Sequence record: MT446416.1
DNA: 64,000 nucleotides
Source: Escherichia virus TH47
Strand: one strand, 5' to 3'
Part shown: in pieces, positions 36,023-49,949 of the stretch
Layout of the letters: each line of letters starts with the position of its first letter
How positions within the stretch are numbered: position 1 is the first letter of the stretch
The notes under the pieces: model-generated
The model's input: the letters and a program-made list of their open reading frames with translations, nothing else
Told to the model about the DNA's origin: nothing
The model's database searches: none
Made by a program: the position numbers and the translations under genes

Positions 36023-36040
36023 GGTTGACCGAAGTCAACC
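36023..36040 (-). terminator. cassette hairpin (copy h)
   Basis: perfect GGTTGAC-CGAA-GTCAACC palindrome with 9-nt T-run on minus strand. Confidence 0.6.
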
Positions 36041-36050
36041 TTTTAAATGT

Positions 36051-37580
36051 TTATTTTTGATACTTGCTCATGATATCTTTTTCCCAAGAAGTTACGTTAC
36101 CATTGTCGTAATCCTTGAATGAGTTATCAAGTGTAGTTAGTGCATACTCATATGCTTCTGGTGATTCGATGTCAACATCATCTGCACCATTGACTAAATC
36201 AGACCAAGCCTTTTGAAGTTTACGAGCATTATTACCAACATTATTTTTAATCCAACTAATGTTTCTGTTGATACTTTTACTATCAGCCCCGGCTTTTTTA
36301 CCAATCTCTGATATCCACATCATTAGCTTTTGAAGTTCATGAATTGAGTTATCGTTCATTTCACGATCTTTAGAAAGTTCTGCTTCCATACCATCGGAAC
36401 CAGTACTGTCAGATGAACCAACGTCAATTCCATTTTTAGCTAATAGTTTACCAAGTTCAAAGAATGCAGCTTCAGCAGGGAAGTCATAACCTTTCTCTTT
36501 GTAGTTATTCCATGCACTATCAAACTCGTCAACAAAACGGTTAGCATAATCTGGATTTTTAACTAATGCTTTATATACTGCCATTGCATGTTCAAAACCT
36601 TCTTTATCTGACCCAAACTCTTCCATCTCAGGACGATGAATGTATCCATCCATATCAACGGTATCAGGTAGTTCTTCTTGCTCAGGCTCAACATCTTTCT
36701 GTTCAACTGCACCTTCTTCATCTTTACGTAGTAGATATCCATCAGGTGTCACTTTCTCACCATGTTCTGCTTCATACTTTTTCATGGTATTGAATGCAGC
36801 ATCCATAGCTGTTACGAAGCGACTTTTCTCACCTTGTACATAAGATTTAAGTGCACTATTAACAGCGTCAGATACGAGCTTAACCTTATCGTCTTTACCT
36901 TCTAAACGGTTTTCAAGTTTAGCCAGTACATTCTTGACTTGCTGGGCATTAGCACGGTCTGCTTTACCAATACTATCAAAAGTTTTAAGAATACCATCAA
37001 GACTTGCTTCACCCTGTTCAGGTTCTTTGGAATCTTCTTTGTGTGTACCTTCAAGTGCACGCATGATAGTACTGAATACTTCAGTAGGTTCAGTGCTCTT
37101 ATTACCTTTCATTGCATCAAGTACAGCTTGTGCTTTACCTTTGAGTTCTTCTTTAGGAACTGCCTGTAGTGCTTTGACAATACCCTGAATCAACTGTGGT
37201 TTGTTAGCAAATATCTTACCTAAGTTATCAGAAAGTTCTTTGACAGGGTTAGATGCTTTTGATTGTGCAGGTGCTTCTGGTTCTACTTCTGGACGTTCTT
37301 GTGCATTATCCATTGCAGCTAGTTGTTCTTTTTGATGAGCATTAAGTAATCCCAAAGCATTCATGTATTTTAATTTTTCATGTGGATTCATTTTGGAAGT
37401 ATCTGTTACTTCACCTGGCTTTGCATTTTCTACACCTTGTGCACCAGTGCTTTGGTTACGACTCATTTTTCTACCACTATGATAGTTTCCAGCAGGGCGG
37501 TACTCCGACTTGCGTTTTGAATGTTGAACAATTGCACCATTTCTGTGCTTCATATCACCATTATTATAATCACTAGGCAT
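36051..37580 (-). CDS. large hydrophilic protein (509 aa)
   Basis: long ORF, basic N-terminus, acidic and coiled-coil-like body; no recognised domain. Confidence 0.65.
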   Translation of the reverse strand: MPSDYNNGDMKHRNGAIVQHSKRKSEYRPAGNYHSGRKMSRNQSTGAQGVENAKPGEVTDTSKMNPHEKLKYMNALGLLNAHQKEQLAAMDNAQERPEVEPEAPAQSKASNPVKELSDNLGKIFANKPQLIQGIVKALQAVPKEELKGKAQAVLDAMKGNKSTEPTEVFSTIMRALEGTHKEDSKEPEQGEASLDGILKTFDSIGKADRANAQQVKNVLAKLENRLEGKDDKVKLVSDAVNSALKSYVQGEKSRFVTAMDAAFNTMKKYEAEHGEKVTPDGYLLRKDEEGAVEQKDVEPEQEELPDTVDMDGYIHRPEMEEFGSDKEGFEHAMAVYKALVKNPDYANRFVDEFDSAWNNYKEKGYDFPAEAAFFELGKLLAKNGIDVGSSDSTGSDGMEAELSKDREMNDNSIHELQKLMMWISEIGKKAGADSKSINRNISWIKNNVGNNARKLQKAWSDLVNGADDVDIESPEAYEYALTTLDNSFKDYDNGNVTSWEKDIMSKYQK

Positions 37581-37623
37581 CGTGTGCCCTCCTTTAACAT
37601 AAAATATATTATTATTTATTATA

Positions 37624-38808
37624 CTACTTAATACTGTTCACATCAAGTTCTTGTACATTATATGATTCAATTATTTTTATTAATTTTTCATATTCCGATT
37701 CATTGATTGTTTCAGTATACCCGTCCAAATAATTTATTTTATCAATAACTTTTCTTTTTATGCCACTCATATGTTTAATAAAATATTCAAGTTCTTTGAT
37801 TAAAATACCATCAGCACTGTAATATGTTTTATATTTTTCAGTTCTAAATAAGTTTTTATTATATTGTTCAAATCTGTATATATAGTTGTTTGTTATACCA
37901 AATTTATAATATAACCTACCATTACCTAGTACTCGATGTATATAAAAATACCCAGGTTTACTTGGGTCATATCCACCTCGACTACAACTTGGACAACCTC
38001 TTTTCTTTTGAACAATATTTTGATATCGAGTTGTCCATTCAGGATGTTCACATTCTGAACATTTTAATGTAATTAATGTATGTACATTTTTATATATAAA
38101 TGGTTTATAAGTATATCCGTTAGATGTGCAAATTTCATTAAGTCTTTTAATTGATTCATCTTGTGAAAGACAAAGTTTTCTAGCTGTGGATTGATTTCCA
38201 CATTTTGCACATCCATTACCTTGATATACAAATTTATCATAACTTAAACTAAATTCATCATGGTCGGGATTGCAACATTTTAATGTAATTTTAGTTCTAT
38301 TATTTTTATATTCAAAAGGTTTATAAGTATATCCAGTAGTATTACATATGTTATTTACATTTAATTCTGCTTGTTGTTGGGTTAATTTTAACTTTCCACC
38401 ACATTCAATACATCCATTTTTCTTATTAACTAAAGAATTATAATTAGTTTCATGTGGTTTATGGGAGGCAACTCCACAATGAATTATTATTTTTGTTCCT
38501 ATAGCACCTTTAAAATCAAAGGGTTCATAAGTATATCCTTTTAATTCACATATTTCATGAACTTTAGTTCTTGCTGTTTTTTCTTTTAAAGAATTTCTTC
38601 CTTTACATTCTGGACACCCAGTTCTTTTATAAATGAATTTACTAAATTTACATTTCCATTCTTCATGTTTAAAGTTATCACATTTAAGTTCTAATATTGT
38701 TTTAGTGTTAATATAAGTGAAAGGTTTATATGTATAATTTTGTTCTAAACATCTGTTCGCTACTATTTTTTCAGCTTCTTCTTGTGTTAATCGTATCCCA
38801 CTAGCCAT
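37624..38808 (-). CDS. zinc-ribbon-repeat protein with C-terminal GIY-YIG-superfamily (T5orf172-like) domain
   Basis: four C..H..C..C modules; C-terminal GYFYIHRV...YKFGIT...DGYTETINESEY. Confidence 0.55.
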   Translation of the reverse strand: MASGIRLTQEEAEKIVANRCLEQNYTYKPFTYINTKTILELKCDNFKHEEWKCKFSKFIYKRTGCPECKGRNSLKEKTARTKVHEICELKGYTYEPFDFKGAIGTKIIIHCGVASHKPHETNYNSLVNKKNGCIECGGKLKLTQQQAELNVNNICNTTGYTYKPFEYKNNRTKITLKCCNPDHDEFSLSYDKFVYQGNGCAKCGNQSTARKLCLSQDESIKRLNEICTSNGYTYKPFIYKNVHTLITLKCSECEHPEWTTRYQNIVQKKRGCPSCSRGGYDPSKPGYFYIHRVLGNGRLYYKFGITNNYIYRFEQYNKNLFRTEKYKTYYSADGILIKELEYFIKHMSGIKRKVIDKINYLDGYTETINESEYEKLIKIIESYNVQELDVNSIK

Positions 38809-38852
38809 GAAATATAATCCTTGAATCTTTGTTATTTCATATATTTACTATA

Positions 38853-38880
38853 TAAAAAAAAGGCTGACCGAAGTCAACCC
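38853..38880 (-). promoter_or_regulatory. terminator-promoter cassette (copy i)
   Basis: same hairpin. Confidence 0.55.
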
Positions 38881-39110
38881 CTTTTAATTATTTTTTAAAC
38901 TTATGTTTTTCGCCGTCAATAGAGTTCACGATGACATCATGAATCTTGCGAAGGTTATGAGTTTTCTTTAGTGCTTCATGTAGTGCACGGAATGCTGCGT
39001 GTACTGTTGCCTTGAAGTGCTCTTTAGGAGTCACTTTAAGTTTCTCAATGATATCACGTACATAAATTGGATGATCTTCAAATACACGATTCAATTCATG
39101 GCCTAGTGAT

Positions 39111-39271
39111 TATAAACTGAAAGCTTTTTCGCGTGAAGGACGATCATGTGCAAGACTTTGGTCAGGCTTTAGTAGACCTAGTGAATCAAGATACTTATGC
39201 TTATGTGCATTATCAATTCCAGAAATATCCACATCATGCGATGGATCTTTCTTATTCCATTTATCAACCAT
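39111..39271 (-). CDS. small protein (53 aa)
   Basis: ATG ORF filling gap in ORF track; below cutoff. Confidence 0.35.
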
Positions 39272-42200
39272 TTCACACTCCTTAAAGAGATAAATTACTT
39301 TAATATTTATACTTCATGTGCTGTTTATTTCCACAGACACTTAAGATTATATCACATATGAAATGGTTGTTCCAAAGTCAAATCAGTACTGTTTAAGTTC
39401 TGAACTGAAGATAAAGGAATCCATATCTTCTAGTGTTAACTTCAAGTCCGGTGTGTACTTTAATATCACACATTCAGGTTTCTTAATGGCAGCTTGATAG
39501 GCAGCAATTGCCAACTGTTGAAGCTGCTCTGGTGTGTAGTTCATGCGTTCTGCATTGAATACGATGTTGTTAATATCACCACCTGGCAGCTTCTCAAACT
39601 CACGCATAACAGCAGCCATCACATCATCAGATGTATTCTTATAAGCCCAATGAGGTAGTTGCATAACATCATAAATCTCGCCATTGTCGTTCATAAGAGA
39701 GATCCATTTTTTACCGTCCGATGAACTAAACAGACGACCTTTAATAGCAATGTTCTCTACCAAATTAACAAAGGCAAATATGTCTTGCTCATTTAGTTCA
39801 ATGCTATTAACGTTAATCCAACCCATACTACATCTCCAGTTATAAATCACGAACGACATTCATTAAACACAATTTGGGCTTTATCGCATTCAAAACCCAT
39901 ATGCATTCTTTGTAAGTTGCTATTATAGCATCTAAATGCTCAGTTACAATGCTTTCTTGAAAATATTCTTCTTCATTGAGTTTTGCTAAATTAGTCACAT
40001 CACATGTAGGTACTATAGGTCTGGATTGTACACCCATTCCATTATTGATATTGGTAAAATGTAAAAAATTGTACTTCACCACACCGTTATCTACACTTAT
40101 GATGCATGTCAAATGTTCCAACTCAGTTAGTTCGGTATTACAAGTGACATGAATGAATCCAGCATTATAGGCTCTATAATCATCTACTAATATCTCAAAA
40201 TCATTACGTTCAAATATAAGTGAAATGAGTTTGTCTTGTGGTTTAACCTTCTGAAATTTTACCGAATTTACGTATGATACTTTAATCTTAGATGAAATTA
40301 TCTTTTTACTAAGTGCAGTTAATTCTTCTTTAGCCTTAAAAGTTAAAGTTATAGGTCTAAATCTAGAACTTTTGTTCTTCTTTGATACTTTGAACTTACC
40401 TTTTCTATTCATTAATTAAACCCCACATAAAGTAAAAGGGATGGCATATTACCAACCCTATATCTTTTATTTTTTAATAGATTCATAAAGCAGAAACAAC
40501 CAAATAAACATTGATGAACAAACTACTACTGGGATTAATGTAAATTCAGTAAAGAATAAAAGTATTCCATAAGTTAGTATGCAACATAAGTTTACGTACA
40601 TAATTGCTTCTGCATTTTTATTTTTCATTTTATATGCAATGAATGTTGGTGACCACATTACCAAAAATGCAAACAACGCACATATGATGATTACAGTTTC
40701 CATATTACACCTCCGCAAAATAATGTTCTGTACTGCTATTATTTACAGAGAATATCTAAAAAAATTGATCTAGATCAATTTTTAGTCACTTTACAATTTG
40801 AATCTTTTTTGTACTGAACAATCACATTGTTCTTAAGGAAGATGATGGTCCCATAGGAACCTTGGGCTGCAACTTCAACAATATGGTTCTTATATGTTTC
40901 AGTATACCCTTCCATCTCGTTGATACACACTACATGATACTTTGGTTTAGCACATACAACAGTACTCAAGAATAGCAGTACTAGTACTAGATATTTCATT
41001 TTATTACCTTATAAACAAGAACAGGAATCCTTTTACGGATTCCTATAATTTAGTCCTTTAATGTACCATTGTGTAAACGATTATACACATCATTGCGACG
41101 CAACGCAACAATATCTTCAGCGTACTTCATTGTAAACGCCCATGCTTTTGGATGCACATTAAGCTTCATACGAATGCGATTCTTCATCAATTCACCGCTT
41201 AGGCGAACAAACTCATGAACACCACGACTTCCGTACTCTGAAATCAAATCATTGATGTACATGTTGCGAAGGGTTTCGTCTGTACATTCTTTAACCATTT
41301 CTACGTCTGCCACGATGCTTGCATTTACTGAAGTACTGATCATTTTTAAGTTACCTTATTTGAATTGGACTGTAATTTTATCACCTTCAACTACGAACTT
41401 ACAGTCGTAGCGACGGGCCATATCCATATACATATGCTCAGAATACCACGGAACATCAATATCAGGATGCTCTGCGTATTGTAGCACTTCACGGTCACCA
41501 ACAGTAGTGATGACGAAAGGAATGTTCATCTCTCGCAAAAACAACTCAGCACCTGGTGAACGATTGACAAACTCAGTGTCGTTACGCAAAGTAAAACCAT
41601 TGTATTGTAATTTAAGCTTCATGATTATCCTCTAAGTTAATACCATTCTTTTAAACCATCAAGTTCGGCTATGTGAGTAATTATAACACAGATCACACTG
41701 AGGTCAAGCATTATTTGCTCATAATTTAATTTTATTCTATCATCATTGTATGCTCTAAAAACAACATCAAAGTCGAAGTAGTTATCGTTTTCATCATTCA
41801 TTGGAATGATTCTATATCTACGCCTACCATCATCATTGAATACAGTTAAACACTGTTTAAATTTCTTCATTATCTGTGTATTCAATGCATTGTAATATGC
41901 AACATCATATTGTGTACAACGTGGGTCATTGGGTAGATAAAACGATACAAATTTTTTTAATTCTATTTGAGTCTTATCCATATACAGCCTCATGTATTAC
42001 TCTTTTACTTTGGCGGTACTCATCCTTTGCTTCTTTCACTGACATGATACGAACCAGTTTAGCACTACCACAATAGTACTGAACCTGACTACGACCAATG
42101 TCAACATGATTATCAGGAACTTCATATACTGATACAGCAAACCCTGCACGATGTAATTTACCCAAGTCCATAGTAAAGAACTTAAACAAATCATTCAAAC

Positions 42201-42443
42201 TCTGACAGCCAAATGCCCAGCCACGTTTGATTGAATAGATTCCATCTTCAGTTGGTTCTGGTTGGAATTGCGAAGGCGTGGTCATGCACAAACGGTCAAA
42301 TCCATTTTTAGTACTGTATCGTGAAGAGTACCGTGCGAACGGACCTACTGTTTTTGCTGGATCTAAGTTAGGTTCAATATAACTGAATTTAAGTTCAAAA
42401 CGATATACGTACATAATTAAAATCCCCAGTATTTGATGAAATA

Positions 42444-42475
42444 ATTATAACAAAAAAGGCTGACCGAAGTCAACC
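42444..42475 (-). promoter_or_regulatory. terminator-promoter cassette (copy j)
   Basis: same element; TGA stop of 42470..42691 lies inside the stem. Confidence 0.6.
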
Positions 42476-45400
42476 TTTATTTTGAAGTTCTTGAACTAAT
42501 TGTCGTACTTCTTTGATGTTATGACACTGCTTTACAGTGAAGTAATCATACTTACGACCATAGGTTCTTGGGTCATCACCTTCCATATACTGCTGCACAT
42601 CAAAGATTTGTAAGTAGGGATGCTGCATAACACGAATGTTATCACATTGATAAATCAACATATGTTTAGTCCTCATATTTACACAAGCCACCGAATGTTG
42701 CCTGTTTTGCTGCCTTACGCATCATCACAAGTTTAACATACTGTTCGCCATTACTTTCTTCATATACATCAACTTGAAGAAATGCAAGCATATTGGGATC
42801 AGTATCATTCGAGTACTGCGTAAAACTAATGTCACCTACAGTATGTTCTTTAACAAAATTATACACTTCACCGTCGATATAAACGATAGTATGGTCATCG
42901 CTATCACCTTGGTAAATGTGTTTAATATCACCTTCAGTACAGACTAGTCCAGGTAATGGTTCTGCATAAGACATACCACACACAATCATACAAACAAAAA
43001 ACAAAATTACTTTCATGATTTGTTTCCTTTGGATAAAATTGATTTCTTCACTTTGTACTGCTTGTAGTTATTATACCAAACATCGGTTACATAAATCAAG
43101 TACCAAAGTGATGGATATAATGCTAGACCAATAAAAACTGAAAAAATACTTGTATTAATAAAATCAATACAGTACAGTGTAAATGCAAAGATTAGAATAC
43201 CAATGGTAATCATACTAGCTGTATATGGTACACTATCAGATGCAAACCATGAATCAATCTTACTAATTAAAGTATACTTTCCAGTACTAACAGCATAAAC
43301 AATTGCTACTATACCAAATAATGCCATTGAAATAGTTATTACTGAGTTAATAAGAATCGGAGTAATTAATACATAAAGCATTACATCGTTTATCATTTGT
43401 TATACCTTAAAGTTCACAATGAATATTCAATTTATCAATATCCTGATCGCGTTTGTTCGACGAATCTTGATAAATGTCTATGTAAATATCCCCATCCTTT
43501 GTCTTGGGGTCCACTATCAATATTACATTTGCTATTATACCAGCATCTGATTTATATGTCGATACCTTTTTATTCCCAATCAAACTCTCGGCCCTGAAAC
43601 GGTAAACCTCATTATCTACGACAATATTGTTTCCATTTTGTGGGTCATTAGAAAGTACATGCCATGTTCCATCGTTTCCCATACAATCAAGGGAAGCAGG
43701 TACGGCTGTACTGAACCTTGAATAAAGCATGAATACTACAAACACCATTATCATTCTTATATATTTTTTCATTATAACCTCTAACGAGTAATACTTCTAT
43801 ACAAATAATATGTACAGAAGTATTTAATACTATTAGAGAATTTTTGAACGTTACTTCTTGCTAGTTAGTTTTTCTTTCAGGATATCAATCCAAATGGAAA
43901 CTTTACCAGCAAACAATGCATTAGCAAACCATACAATTCCAACAATGTTCTCAACTAAATTCATAATTGAAACAAAAGGTCCAATTGGGAATACAAAACT
44001 TACTAACCATGACAGTACTGAAATAAGTACTACAACAAAGAAGATTCGTGCAATAGGTGAGTCTAGCATAAACAACTCACGAAACTCATCACGCTCGGTT
44101 TCGTCTTTAATGAAGAATTCGAAAACCATAACCAATAACAGAATTAGAGCAGGAATTGAAATTAGAACTGATAACATGTTTTATATCCTCAAGTTTAAGT
44201 GTTAAGTTTCAGACTACAAGAACCATTATACAGTACTACGAACGTTTGTCAACATTTGTTTCTTCAATAAGCATAAGATAACTTAACACGAAGAGTAATA
44301 CAGATACAATGTCAATAACGGTGAAGCTTACTGGAATGATAATAGACACTAGAACGAGTGCCACGTTTAGCAAGAATACAGTAGTGATATCTACCAGCTT
44401 TCGTTTAGTGGCTACTGCTACTAGTGTAGGGTAGAACATAAACAATAATGCAACTACAAAACTCAATACTAGATACATTTCTTTTTCACCTTAAGAAAAT
44501 TATAACATAAAACAACCTCAACATCTGGCTCATCATACAAGTACTCAAAGCGTTCTTTACTACGCTTAGTACCGATGTACTCACCATTCTTATGCCAACG
44601 CCACCCACCACTCTCTGGTTGGTCAGACTTCAGTACTGGATGATAGCACATGACAATTTCTTCTGGACCTTCAATAAGGTTCTTGTACTTCGTCAAAATC
44701 TGTTCAAGCGTATCTGCTACACCATAAGATGGGTGCATAAGATAAGACTCAGGACGTGGACGACCACTTGGCAGAATGTCATCAGTACTATTAAAGATAG
44801 CACGGAAGTCTTCTGACGTGTATAAACTTCCATCTTCATGGATCATTGGATATTCATCCACTACATCATAATCAGTGAAGTGCTCGATGGCATGTTCAGG
44901 TCTGTAACCTGCGAGAATACCTGTATGTTTCGTCTGTACAATAGTCATAACAGATGTACTATTGTTTACATTAGGATCATGAATCTCAGCCCAAAAAGGA
45001 TGATGAGGATCAAATGTAGCATTAACTAAAGTACAATCACCAATGTAGTCGAAATTAGTTTCTTTAAAGTTCAAAGAAACACCACGCAATGCCCAATCAG
45101 GAGAAGTGATGAAATTAAGATTTACTAACATAGTATCCTCAGTTGCAGTTGTTTTTTGATGTAGTTATTGTATCAGAGACGTGTCAATTTGTACAACATT
45201 TATTGTAACTATTTCGTACATATATTCAATTGCATTGAACTCTGCATACCACTCTACAATCTCACAAGCAGCATCAACTTGGTTTTTCGCATTAACACGT
45301 CTGGCATAGGTGCTGCTCATTTTGAATCTACCATATTCATAGACATTGTAGACACCATGACACCACCACATCTTAGTCATTAATGCTAGGCCATACAGTG

Positions 45401-48400
45401 AATTGTAAGTCTTGGTATTCAAATTTACCAATATCATTCTTCTTACGGAATGATTCTTCAACCTGAATTTCTGCGTCGTACTGACCATCGGCCTTTACTA
45501 CGTACTTAAAATTTTCTACATGTGAAAAACGATACCCTTCTCCGTCTTGCTTGGATACTTGTACTGACCCTTCAACTAGATATAAATTCATTTGTCATTC
45601 TCCATCATATTCTGTGAGTATTACACTATGTACTGTTTCAACATAGCGTTGTGTTTTTGGTGTGTTGTACTTAGTTACTTCATCAAACAATTTAAATAGA
45701 GCATGTGTGGGGCTTAATGCACGAACAAATACATCAATCTTCTGAACTTCTTTCTTATAACCACGTACATTATTAAACTCAGATACATGCTCATAAACAA
45801 TGTAGTAACGATTCATATATTAAGTAGTTCCATAAATTCATCGATCAAGGAAGTTCTAATGCACATAACAAATTCAAAATCAACATCGATAGTATCGAGT
45901 AGTTTGAACAACTTTGGTACATTTGGATCATTCAACTGGAAGTTATGAATCAAGCTCTGTTGAAACACACTTTCTTCAGTACTGTAATCAATAACAAAAT
46001 ATTCAGCTACACCTGGTGGTGAATAAACATCATATAATATCTGACGTTTATTGTGTGTTTCTGAACCAGGACAATATATAAGTTCTATTTCATACGAACC
46101 TGCCGAGGATCTATCATAAAACACAATTTCAGTACTGATTATTTCACTACCATCACTACGTTCATAAAAACATACATCGGCATATCGTTTACCATTGGGC
46201 TTCAAAATCTCATGAGTTGTTTTACCATAACATTTATCAGTTTCAATGTGAATTTTGTCTTGATATTCAGAACGTCTTACATCATTTCCACGATTAAACA
46301 ATAAGATTAACAACTCATTAATATCCATTATTTCGCCTCAATGACTTTAAGGTTAACGAAATCACCTTTTACTTTCATGCATTTGAATTCAGTGCGAGTT
46401 TCATCCCCACTATCGCGAGGCCAATGAGTAGCAGAGTAGCACTGGTCTGGTGTTTTATATACACCTTCACCAATAGTACGAGTGATTTCACCATTGGTGA
46501 GAACTACTGCGAGATATAAAGTAAACATGATATTCGCCTTAGAATAATTTATTAATAATAGCACCCACCGCAAGAACTGCAATAATTACAGATACCCACA
46601 TTACTGCATTCACTGTACCAGTTAGTTCTTTATCAAACTCCCTGCACTTCTTACGGTACTCTTCCCACTCTTTGTTATTCACACTGCCGCTCCTAATAGG
46701 TCGGTAGCTTTCTTCAGTACTACGTCAATGGTTTCCAGTACTGCACCTTTGTGTTCAATTGATACAATATTATTATAAGTATCAAGGTCCAAGTACTCCA
46801 TATATTCAGTTTTGAATACACGAACATCAGTACTGGTGATTTTAAGATCGCAACCTTTATCCCAGATGACCTGCATCATTTCATTGGTAGTCATTATTCA
46901 ACCTTATCATAAACAAGTTTGTGTGTACTTATTACTTTGTTGAGGTGTCCTGGACAATCATATACATACAGACGCTCCTGACGTTTTTCCCAACTCCCAC
47001 AAATACGTCCTGCTTGTGTACATATTTCATATTCGTTAATAAAAGACTTACCTGTGAATGTACAATCCTGACGAACTAAGTCTTTTGCACTAAACCTGCC
47101 GTCATCATTACATGCTGTAAGAAACATTGTACAGAATACAAAGACAACAGTCAATAGTTTTTTAATCATTGAACATCACCCCAACGGAAGCCATTCATAT
47201 AATTTAAATTCACCTCAACGAGTTCATGTGTTTTTGTACACCAAATTGACAGAGTTTTTGTAAAATCACCTGGTGAACTTTCATATTTCACACAATATCC
47301 TTCGATACGGAGAACCGAATGAGTCCATAATTCCCACTCAATCCAAATTTCATTTGGGTGATATACAATATCTTCGTTTAACTTGTGATATTCATCCAGT
47401 GGAAGCTGTGTAGTGATATCAATATATTTTACATTTCGACTGAGTTTTTCAAGCTGATATCGTGTATTAGCTAGATATTCTTCGTCATTCAGACGAGTTA
47501 ATAAACCTGCTGCACGGGTTGTATCAAGACTCATTGTTATTCTCCATGAACCACAGATGTATCCACGCGAACTGTACCACTCATATAAGACGTAGTAGTG
47601 TTTGCATTAGGGCAATAAACTGTATACAAGGTTACGCCAGAACCATCCTTTTGCATACGATAAATCTTACATCCTGCTTCTTGTAATTCAATAGGGAGAA
47701 TAAAATCACTTGTGCGTTCTTTGGTTGAAGCGTCACATGCAGTGAGTAAAAATGCAACGAGTACTGCTACGATATATTTCATTAACGAACCTCCACTTCT
47801 TGAGAAAGAGCATGAGTCAGTGCATTTGAATTCGAACCATTCATTTCATGCTGACATACAAACATAATGGCATCTTGTACTGAACCTGCGATTTCATACT
47901 CACGACCTTCAGGATCAGTTACCAGGTGTTCAACGATGCAACCACCACTAAGTACAGAAGCACCAGTACTTACACTAATTCTGTAACCTAAAAAATCAAA
48001 CTGCATACATGCGTCAGTAGGTTTCATCCAATAACCGCTGTTTTGATTCAAATCGATGATTACAAAACCTTGAGTGTTAGTTTGAAACATAGTTAATTCC
48101 TCATTTAATTTAAAAGGGCGGGAACGCAGTGACGAGTACGATTATGCTGTCTTTCCTTTCACTGCATTCCCTTTGATATAAACATTATACAGTACTGATA
48201 TCTTATGTCAAGTATTAATCACCAAAAATCATCAGATACCCAAACCAACCCACACAGACGACTAAGCTAACAATACCAAAGACAATCTCTAAAGTCATGT
48301 TGCATCCTTAATCAAGGATTTTATATTCAATATGACCAAAGTATCCAGCCTCAAGGATGCGATTACCATCAGCATCTTCCAAATCCCACCCACGGGATGT

Positions 48401-48714
48401 TTCGGCAATAATAGTCATGATGTGACCTTTAGTGAAGGTTCCACTCATAGTGGATACATCCTCAAGTAATTGAACCTTCTTACCAACATTTGTATTTGAT
48501 TTAAACATACTTTACCCTTATTCGTTGATTACGTCAAGTACTTTGTCCAGTTTCTTACCAATACTATCCTTTGGTTTCTCACCATTCTGGAATACATTAG
48601 TACTGCAATACTCAGGACGGGTATTAGGGAACTTCTCGTTCATCCAGGAGTGACCATATACACCAAGAATGATACCTACGATAAGAATGATGATTTGCAT
48701 GATATATCCTCTAA

Positions 48715-49509
48715 TTAAATTACATACGGTTTATAGTAATGAATCTCGTTTGCGATTGCAGTGAAGACTTTATTATTAAATCTTTCACCATAATCACGAA
48801 GTGATTCACCTTCTTCGCTTTCAATGAAGTAATTATATACTGGTAGACGTGCGTTGTCAACACCTATAAATGATTTCATGTAAATTTGTACTAAACGATT
48901 CATTCCTTCATTTAAGCATTGCACCTCAAAGTGCTTGATACCTTTGTCTAAATGTTTGAATGCATTAATGATACCACGTTTAAAATCACGCTGCATAGTA
49001 CTGAATAAATTCTCAGGGAACACGGTAATAGGTGACATTGATTTAAGAATGTATGTATCTTTGGCATTCTTAATGTACTCAATAAAGCAGTAGTTAACGT
49101 CCGGCTCAATTGAACGATCCGCGTTATGATACCAGTGTTTAAACTCACTGTACTCAGCAAACTTATGCTGGCGTAATGCGTTACAATCCTCACACAGTGC
49201 AGTTATGTTCTCTTTATCATTACCGCCCTGGAGACAGTCCAGTACATTATGGTCTAACGTCATGCGTACAAGGCGTTTACCTTTAAGTACATAAGGTCTG
49301 AATTTATAACGGTCTTTAGTACTGTGCTTATGTAAAGTGAATACCACATTGGATTCACCACAACAATCACATTTAAAGCCATCACGTGACATTACATGAA
49401 TGAGTTTTCGAGTATTTGGGCCGAACTCAGATTTAGTAATGTTGCCGACAATTTCTGATGGGTCGTAGTATTTTGAATTCCGGCGAATCAATTCATCTAT
49501 AGTGCTCAT
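48715..49509 (-). CDS. HNH endonuclease-domain protein (264 aa)
   Basis: CDCCGESN...DHNVLDCLQGGNDKENITALCEDCN HNH core. Confidence 0.7.
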   Translation of the reverse strand: MSTIDELIRRNSKYYDPSEIVGNITKSEFGPNTRKLIHVMSRDGFKCDCCGESNVVFTLHKHSTKDRYKFRPYVLKGKRLVRMTLDHNVLDCLQGGNDKENITALCEDCNALRQHKFAEYSEFKHWYHNADRSIEPDVNYCFIEYIKNAKDTYILKSMSPITVFPENLFSTMQRDFKRGIINAFKHLDKGIKHFEVQCLNEGMNRLVQIYMKSFIGVDNARLPVYNYFIESEEGESLRDYGERFNNKVFTAIANEIHYYKPYVI

Positions 49510-49949
49510 TTTACATTAATCCTTCTATGCTACAACCAATAAGTACTTTTTTCACTTCAATAACTCGTACCAAATAGAATCCATTTGAAAAGTTAAAACT
49601 ATACATTTGTACTAAGGCATCTGCTTCAGATTTCGCACGGATACATGATAGATATAGTTCTCGTATATCGCCATCCAACGATGCTTGTTTCTCGTCATTG
49701 ATAACAATAGAACGAATCTCAAAACGAACACCATAACTCATTCTGTTTGTCCAACAATTAGTTTTTCTTTAGTATTACTATTGTAACACCACATTAATTC
49801 TTCACCAACTGTTCTAAGTGAAACGCTGTTTACTTGTTCATACGTACTGTCACGTACTGCAATGCATTGATTCATTGAATTCATTGGGGTGATTTGTACA
49901 CCAGATTGTGGTGAAAGAGCAATAATTAAAAAGATTACTGAATTCATTA

